From: Escherichia phage S164
DNA length: 30,272 nucleotides
Strand: one strand, 5' to 3'
Sequence record: ON239131
Of this stretch, positions 25,492-30,272 are shown one piece after another. The position numbers were made by a program, and so were the translations under genes. Under the pieces are notes generated by a model. It ran no database searches. It worked only from the letters and a program-made list of their open reading frames with translations, and was not told the origin of the DNA. How positions within the stretch are numbered: position 1 is the stretch's first letter; each line of letters starts with the position of its first letter.

Positions 25492-27766
25492 AGCCTCCGG
25501 GCGTTTTGTCCCTCCGTCAGCATTTGCCGCAGGCACCGGTGAGACGTTTACCGGTGCTTATGCATGGAACGCGCCACGCGAGGCCGTCGGGCGCGAAAGA
25601 CCCCTTACACGTGACGAGATGCGTCAGGTGCAAGGTGTTTTATCCACGATTAATCGCCTGCCTTACTTTTTGCGCTCGCTGTTTACTTCACGCTATGACT
25701 ACATCCGGCGCAATAAAAGCCCGGTGCACGGGTTTTATTTCCTCACATCCACTTTTCAGCGCCGTTTATGGCCGCGTATTGAGCGCGTGAATCAGCGCCA
25801 TGAAATGAACACCGACGCGTCGTTGCTGTTTCTGGCAGAGCGTGACCATTATGCGCGTCTGCCGGGGATGAATGACAAGGAGCTGAAAAAGTTTGCCGCC
25901 CGTATCTCATCGCAGCTTTTCATGATGTATGAGGAACTCTGCGATGCATGGGTTGATGCACATGGCGAGAAAGAATCGCTGTTTACAGATGAGGCGCAGG
26001 CGCATCTGTATGGTCATGTTGCTGGCGCTGCACGTGCTTTCAATATTTCCCCTCTCTACTGGAAAAAATACCGTAAAGGACAGATGACCACGAGGCAGGC
26101 ATATTCTGCCATTGCCCGTCTGTTTAACGATGAGTGGTGGACTCATCAGCTTAAAGGCCAGCGTATGCGCTGGCATGAGGCGTTACTGATTGCTGTCGGG
26201 GAGGTCAATAAAGACCGTTCTCCTTATGCCAGTAAACATGCCATTCGTGATGTGCGTGCACGCCGCCAGGCAAATCTGGAATTTCTTAAATCGTGTGACC
26301 TCGAAAACAGGGAAACCGGCGAGCGCATCGATCTTATCAGTAAGGTGATGGGCAGTATTTCTAATCCTGAAATTCGCCGGATGGAGCTGATGAACACCAT
26401 CGCCGGTATTGAGCGTTACGCCGCCGCAGAGGGTGATGTGGGGATGTTTATCACTCTGACCGCGCCGTCAAAGTATCACCCGACACGTCAGGTCGGAAAA
26501 GGCGAAAGTAAAACCGTCCAGCTAAATCACGGCTGGAATGATGAGGCATTTAATCCAAAGGATGCGCAGCGTTATCTCTGCCGCATCTGGAGCCTGATGC
26601 GCACGGCATTCAAGGATAATGATTTACAGGTCTACGGTTTGCGAGTCGTCGAGCCACACCACGACGGAACGCCGCACTGGCATATGATGCTTTTTTGTAA
26701 TCCACGCCAGCGTAACCAGATTATCGAAATCATGCGTCGCTATGCGCTCAAAGAGGATGGTGACGAAAGAGGAGCCGCGCGAAACCGTTTTCAGGCAAAA
26801 CACCTTAACCGGGGCGGTGCTGCGGGATATATCGCGAAATACATCTCAAAAAACATCGATGGCTATGCACTGGATGGTCAGCTCGATAACGATACCGGCA
26901 GGCCGCTGAAAGACACTGCCGCGGCTGTTACCGCATGGGCGTCAACGTGGCGCATTCCGCAATTTAAAACGGTTGGCCTGCCGACAATGGGGGCTTACCG
27001 TGAACTACGCAAATTGCCTCGCGGCGTCAGCATTGCTGATGAGTTTGACGAACGCGTCGAGGCTGCACGCGCTGCCGCAGACAGTGGTGATTTTGCGTTG
27101 TATATCAGCGCGCAGGGTGGGGCAAATGTTCCGCGCGATTGTCAGACTGTCAGGGTTGCCCGTAGTCCGTCGGATGAAGTTAACGAGTACGAGGAAGAAG
27201 TCGAGAGAGTGGTCGGCATTTACGCGCCGCATCTCGGCGCGCGTCATATTCATATCACCAGAACGACGGACTGGCGCATTGTTCCGAAAGTGCCGGTCGT
27301 TGAGCCTTTGACTTTAAAAAGCGGCATCGCCGCGCCTCGGAGTCCTGTCAATAACTGTGGAAAGCTCACCGGTGGTGATACTTCGTTACCGGCTCCCACA
27401 CCTTCTGAGCACGCCGCAGCAGTGCTAAATCTGGTTGATGACGGTGTTATCGAATGGAATGACCCGGAGGTTGTGAGGACGCTCAGGGGTGCATTAAAAC
27501 ACGGCCTGAAAACACCAAATCGTCAGCAAAGAAACGGAAGCCCGTTAAAACCACATGAAATAGCACCGTCGGCCAGACTGACCCGGTCGGAACGATTGCA
27601 AATTACCCGTATCCGCGTTGACCTCGCTCAGAACGGTATCAGGCCGCAACGATGGGAGCTTGAGGCGCTGGCGCGTGGCGCGACAGTAAATTATGACGGG
27701 AAAAAATTCACGTATCCGGTCGCTGATGAGTGGTCGGGATTCTCAACAGTAATGGAGTGGACATGA
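25481..27766 (+). CDS. A: Rolling-circle replication initiator (HUH endonuclease) A
   Basis: Start at MAVKASGRFVPP gives 761 aa, as in P2 gpA. It has the HUH motif (PHWHMMLF) and paired tyrosines (GYIAKYISK). Confidence 0.93.
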   Translation: MAVKASGRFVPPSAFAAGTGETFTGAYAWNAPREAVGRERPLTRDEMRQVQGVLSTINRLPYFLRSLFTSRYDYIRRNKSPVHGFYFLTSTFQRRLWPRIERVNQRHEMNTDASLLFLAERDHYARLPGMNDKELKKFAARISSQLFMMYEELCDAWVDAHGEKESLFTDEAQAHLYGHVAGAARAFNISPLYWKKYRKGQMTTRQAYSAIARLFNDEWWTHQLKGQRMRWHEALLIAVGEVNKDRSPYASKHAIRDVRARRQANLEFLKSCDLENRETGERIDLISKVMGSISNPEIRRMELMNTIAGIERYAAAEGDVGMFITLTAPSKYHPTRQVGKGESKTVQLNHGWNDEAFNPKDAQRYLCRIWSLMRTAFKDNDLQVYGLRVVEPHHDGTPHWHMMLFCNPRQRNQIIEIMRRYALKEDGDERGAARNRFQAKHLNRGGAAGYIAKYISKNIDGYALDGQLDNDTGRPLKDTAAAVTAWASTWRIPQFKTVGLPTMGAYRELRKLPRGVSIADEFDERVEAARAAADSGDFALYISAQGGANVPRDCQTVRVARSPSDEVNEYEEEVERVVGIYAPHLGARHIHITRTTDWRIVPKVPVVEPLTLKSGIAAPRSPVNNCGKLTGGDTSLPAPTPSEHAAAVLNLVDDGVIEWNDPEVVRTLRGALKHGLKTPNRQQRNGSPLKPHEIAPSARLTRSERLQITRIRVDLAQNGIRPQRWELEALARGATVNYDGKKFTYPVADEWSGFSTVMEWT
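27332..27351 (+). other. ori: Candidate origin / A-protein nick region inside the A gene
   Basis: GCGCCTCGGAGTCCTGTCAA lies about 1.85 kb into A. I recall that the P2 ori lies within A at about this relative position and contains this sequence. This rests on memory only. Confidence 0.35.
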
Positions 27767-28218
27767 TGGCAAAAATTCACGAGGTAAAGCTGCACGCAAA
27801 ATATTTCGACCTTGTGCTGGAAGGAAAGAAACGCGCAGAGTTTCGGAAAAATGACCGTAATTATGAGCGCGGGGACACGTTGATTTTGCATGAATGGGGG
27901 CAGGGTGTGTATACGGGGCGAAAGGTTGAAGCCCGGATAACAGATGTTACTGACCTGTCAGACTGGCTGGAAGATTATGTCTTGCTAAGTATTGAGCTGC
28001 TTAATACAGGCGCATATGAGATTGTGAACAGGAAAGAACTTAGTGAGCGTGGTCTGTTATTCAGAATTAATCATGAAATTATGCATAAGCTCGGCCTTGC
28101 TGTTATGTATGAACCAGAGACGGGAATGTCTGGCGGGGCAATGGTTGCCACGGATGGAGCATGGAACTATTCAGATGAACAGATGGAGCGTGCACAGCAA
28201 AACGGGTGGCTTGGATAA
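27763..28218 (+). CDS. ASCH/DUF3850-like (PUA-fold) protein with an extra ~70-aa C-terminal region
   Basis: 151 aa starting at MMAKIHEVKLHAKYFDLVLEGKKRAEFRKNDRNYERGDTLILHEW, which is the typical DUF3850/ASCH N-terminal pattern. The start overlaps the A stop (ATGATG). Confidence 0.7.
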   Translation: MMAKIHEVKLHAKYFDLVLEGKKRAEFRKNDRNYERGDTLILHEWGQGVYTGRKVEARITDVTDLSDWLEDYVLLSIELLNTGAYEIVNRKELSERGLLFRINHEIMHKLGLAVMYEPETGMSGGAMVATDGAWNYSDEQMERAQQNGWLG

Positions 28219-28424
28219 TGCACAGAATACCAGGCGAGATACCGCACCATAAAACTAAAAATATCAAGCTGATGGCTATTGTTCAGCGTTTACAGCGGAT
28301 TATGGTCAACGAAAATCTGACGCCCGATGAGCTAGTCGGGTGTGCCGAAATAGTCCGGGATAATTACGGGCGGTTTAACTATATCGGTCAGTCCAGAGTT
28401 GCGCCACCACCACGCAGACGATAG
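28218..28424 (+). CDS. Hypothetical 68-aa protein, translationally coupled (TAATG) to the ASCH gene
   Basis: MHRIPGEIPHHKTKNIKLMAIVQRLQRIMVNENLTPDELVGCAEIVRDNYGRFNYIGQSRVAPPPRRR. It ends at a TAG that is followed in frame by 24 sense codons. Confidence 0.55.
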   Translation: MHRIPGEIPHHKTKNIKLMAIVQRLQRIMVNENLTPDELVGCAEIVRDNYGRFNYIGQSRVAPPPRRR

Positions 28425-28426
28425 AT

Positions 28427-28495
28427 AACGCCGCCAGTCGTGAAACTTGTTTTCAGGGCTGGCGGCGTTGAACAACGAGTGAAGCGAGGCGTTAG
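28427..28495 (+). repeat. 69-nt element, copy A (11-bp perfect hairpin with a 21-nt loop, plus a 26-nt tail)
   Basis: AACGCCGCCAG (28427..28437) pairs with CTGGCGGCGTT (28459..28469). An ungapped alignment to 29399..29467 gives 51/69 identities. Confidence 0.8.
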
Positions 28496-28653
28496 TTGAC
28501 ATTCATATTTTTACTGCGTTGGTGCTGTTTTTTGACGGTTGAAAGGAGTTATCTCGGAGAGCTAAAGCTAACAACTTACAAATATTCAAAAGTAAGCTTC
28601 CTGTTGCTAACATAAGGTCGATTTTTTATGTGGATGATGCAAAAAGGATAGCT

Positions 28654-29385
28654 ATGGATACTATAATCGCTTTTCTATCACTCGCTTTTTTTGTTGCTTT
28701 TTTCATCGGGTTAATCAAGCCATCACTGGTGCGAATGCCAAGCCGCAAACGTGCAAGTGCGGTTTATCTCGGAGGAGGTTTTGTATTGAGCATAATTGGT
28801 TCAATACTCTATCCAACAGAAAAAAGCCAGCCAGTTGCTAAAACTGAAACATCAACCGTTGTAGAACACCAAGTCCAAAAAACATTCGAATATGGTGAAA
28901 AAACACTCAAGGAATATCGGAGCGAGCCAAAGAAAACTCGACACGATATTGTGAATAGTTACATTGACTTTAAGAAAGTTCCAGTCACCGCATCAGATGC
29001 ATTTTATGCCTGCATGAGTGAGTATACATTTACCAAAGATGATGAGTTGAAACTCGGTGATGTTCTTGGGTGGTGCTTTAATGATTATGAAAATGACCCG
29101 AGTTCACTAAATAATAAAATCAATCTTGATACATTTCAGAGTAATTTTAGTGGTTGGGATGGTTCTTATCGTCCATTGGAAAAACTAATTAAAGATAATA
29201 TGAACGATGATTCATCTTATAAACATGTATCAACGGTATATCATTTAGTTTTGAATAAAGACCCGCACGCCATTGTGAAAACGACGTTTCGCGGCACTAA
29301 TGCTTATGGTGGCATGGTCAAACAGACTGTAGCAGCGCGAGTTGACGTGCGAACGGGTGAGATCGATTCAATACTCGACAATTAA
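28654..29385 (+). CDS. Two-TM membrane protein with a predicted ~180-aa periplasmic C-terminal domain; cargo gene 1, function unknown
   Basis: ATG at 28654 with an AAAGGA Shine-Dalgarno sequence, preferred over the GTG at 28630; 243 aa. TM1 is IIAFLSLAFFVAFFIGLI, followed by a basic loop (KPSLVRMPSRKRAS), TM2 (VYLGGGFVLSIIGSILY) and then a soluble domain. The gene is AT-rich relative to the backbone. Confidence 0.75.
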   Translation: MDTIIAFLSLAFFVAFFIGLIKPSLVRMPSRKRASAVYLGGGFVLSIIGSILYPTEKSQPVAKTETSTVVEHQVQKTFEYGEKTLKEYRSEPKKTRHDIVNSYIDFKKVPVTASDAFYACMSEYTFTKDDELKLGDVLGWCFNDYENDPSSLNNKINLDTFQSNFSGWDGSYRPLEKLIKDNMNDDSSYKHVSTVYHLVLNKDPHAIVKTTFRGTNAYGGMVKQTVAARVDVRTGEIDSILDN

Positions 29386-29398
29386 ATAATATAGTGAC

Positions 29399-29467
29399 AG
29401 CTCCGTCAGTGATGAAACTTGCTTTTAGTCTTGGCGGGGTTGAGCAATGAGTCTTGCAAGGTGTTAG
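29399..29467 (+). repeat. 69-nt element, copy B (same hairpin geometry, 7 Watson-Crick plus 4 G.U pairs)
   Basis: AGCTCCGTCAG (29399..29409) pairs with TTGGCGGGGTT (29431..29441), with a 21-nt loop. It is 51/69 identical to copy A. Confidence 0.8.
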
Positions 29468-29507
29468 CATGCGTAGAATGGAAGCTGCTTGGACGTGGGG
29501 TATTCAT

Positions 29508-30125
29508 ATGAATTTAAAAATTTTCGGCATAATTGTCCTTTCTGCTTTGATGTTCGTTTTAGGTTTTTTTCTCGGTGGTTTTAATTGGGAATGGGCTGAT
29601 AAGAATTATGCAGGTGAGGTGGCGTTGTGGAGTATGTTAGGAGGGTGGTTATCCGCAATTGCAACTCTGTTTGCCGTGTTGGTTTCATTATATATGGCGT
29701 ATCAAGCTACTCAGAATGAGATTGAAAAAATCAGGGTTACTCATGGAGTAAGTATGAGTGTCACTCATGACAATGAGTTAAGTTGTAATCTCATTATTCA
29801 GAACTTGAGAAATATGAAAGTGAATATTACTGGTGTTTTTTTGTCTCTAGGTAAATCATCAGGTAAGTACTCTTTGGATAAAGTAATTGACAATTGTAAT
29901 ATAACGCTTTCATATAAAGGTGAAACAGAAAAGGTACAATTTGTAATCCATTCTGGGTATATTTGGTGGTCAATGTATAAATTATTCGATATGGATAAGA
30001 ACATAGGTTTTGAAAAGGGTAAGATCTTTATAACAACCAACCTCAATACATATGAATTTGATTTGCCAAAAGAATATTTAAGAGCTTTTGAGAAAGCTTA
30101 TTCGGAGTATCAGACAAAAAAATAA
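29508..30125 (+). CDS. Two-TM membrane protein with a predicted ~130-aa cytoplasmic C-terminal domain; cargo gene 2, function unknown
   Basis: ATG at 29508 (MNLKIFGIIVLSALMFVLGFFLGG...) is preferred over the TTG at 29454; 205 aa. The second TM helix is ALWSMLGGWLSAIATLFAVLVSLYMAY. The C-terminal domain is rich in N, K and I. The gene is very AT-rich. Confidence 0.75.
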   Translation: MNLKIFGIIVLSALMFVLGFFLGGFNWEWADKNYAGEVALWSMLGGWLSAIATLFAVLVSLYMAYQATQNEIEKIRVTHGVSMSVTHDNELSCNLIIQNLRNMKVNITGVFLSLGKSSGKYSLDKVIDNCNITLSYKGETEKVQFVIHSGYIWWSMYKLFDMDKNIGFEKGKIFITTNLNTYEFDLPKEYLRAFEKAYSEYQTKK

Positions 30126-30132
30126 TGAGCTG

Positions 30133-30154
30133 CATGCAAAAGGTGCATGTTTTT
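30133..30154 (+). terminator. Rho-independent terminator after cargo gene 2
   Basis: CATGCA-aaagg-TGCATG at 30133..30149, followed by TTTTT at 30150..30154. It starts 8 nt after the stop codon. Confidence 0.6.
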
Positions 30155-30254
30155 GCATGTGCTAAGTTCACTGGTTTTGTGTATATCGCTTCAGATCTAG
30201 CGTGGTTCCGGGGAGGGCATGCAACTGCATTAAAACCGCTCCATGAAGCGGGCG

Positions 30255-30272
30255 GGCGAGGCGGGGAAAGCA
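30255..30272. other. cos: cos cohesive-end sequence (right copy, first 18 nt)
   Basis: GGCGAGGCGGGGAAAGCA is identical to 1..18. The window ends one base short of the full 19-mer. Confidence 0.85.

Larger units (their letters stand above)
1..30272. mobile_element. Complete P2-like temperate myophage genome in cos-to-cos (virion) order
   Basis: Gene order, protein lengths and sequences follow coliphage P2 as I remember it (Q 344 aa, P 590, O 284, N 357, M 247, L 169, FI 396, FII 172, T 815, D 387, A 761). The same cos sequence is present at both window ends, and an intact ogr-attP-int junction lies inside. Confidence 0.95.

Noticed and set aside
28427-28495. Integron attC-like recombination site. 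The element ends its stem with GTTGAAC (copy A) or GTTGAGC (copy B), which fits the GTTRRRY core, and the locus is organised in a cassette-like way.
   Set aside because: There is no matching RYYYAAC inverse core on the 5' side (AGATAAC and TGACAGC). The stem is perfect with no extrahelical bases. At 43 nt the structure is shorter than known attC sites, and no integron integrase is present. The cassette analogy is kept only as a loose idea in the findings.
28543-28548. A strong orphan Shine-Dalgarno sequence (AAGGAG) in the cargo leader, with no ATG, GTG or TTG at a usable distance.
   Set aside because: No start codon lies within 5-10 nt; the next codons are ATC TCG GAG AGC TAA. No gene can be supported. 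It may be a relic of a replaced cassette.
28628-28651. A 7-codon upstream mini-ORF (ATG TGG ATG ATG CAA AAA GGA TAG) that ends 2 nt before the cargo gene 1 ATG. It could be a leader peptide or a translational-coupling device.
   Set aside because: There is only a weak, distant AAGG upstream, the ORF is too short to evaluate, and it overlaps the gene 1 Shine-Dalgarno sequence by chance as easily as by design. It is worth remembering if ribosome profiling data exist.
28630-28653. The alternative upstream starts given by the ORF track: GTG at 28630 for cargo gene 1 and TTG at 29454 for cargo gene 2.
   Set aside because: The internal ATGs at 28654 and 29508 have better Shine-Dalgarno spacing and begin right at the first TM helix. 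The TTG-initiated extension of gene 2 would also be encoded by repeat copy B.
1-30272. CRISPR arrays, tRNA/rRNA genes, IS elements and retron- or toxin-antitoxin-like tandem repeats.
   Set aside because: I saw no regularly spaced direct repeats, no cloverleaf-compatible sequences and no transposase-like ORFs when reading both strands. The only short-repeat structures are the ones reported above.

Overview
The window is one complete genome of a P2-like (Peduovirus-type) temperate myophage of an enterobacterial host, probably E. coli. It is laid out in virion order, from cos to cos. The first 18 nt (GGCGAGGCGGGGAAAGCA, which I recall as the P2 cohesive-end sequence) recur at 30255..30272, so the unit genome is 30,254 bp and the window carries an 18-nt terminal redundancy. 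The attP region between ogr and int is uninterrupted, so this is not an integrated prophage with host flanks.

Gene order is the P2 order: Q and P on the minus strand, then O N M L X Y K lysA lysB (with lysC embedded) R S V W J I H tfa, FI FII E/E+E' T U D ogr, attP, int and C on the minus strand, then cox, an orf78-like gene, B, orf80 to orf83 and A. Most structural and replication proteins match my memory of P2 in both length and sequence.

Three regions differ from the P2 backbone:
- The I C-terminus, H and tfa block, together with the Z/fun position, is occupied by a Hin/Gin/Cin-type invertible tail-fibre cassette. It has two 26-bp crossover sites that are in phase with each other, a silent alternative fibre tip, a truncated alternative chaperone gene and a serine invertase.
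- int, attP, C and cox are diverged from P2, which suggests a different immunity type and integration specificity.
- The tin/old position between A and cos carries an ASCH/DUF3850 gene, a 68-codon gene and then an AT-rich cargo of two unrelated two-TM membrane proteins. Each of these two genes is preceded by a copy of a 69-nt element whose hairpin is preserved through G.U and double substitutions.

The third region is my best candidate for an undescribed phage-exclusion or defence module. All homology statements come from memory and from reading the sequence; no searches were run.
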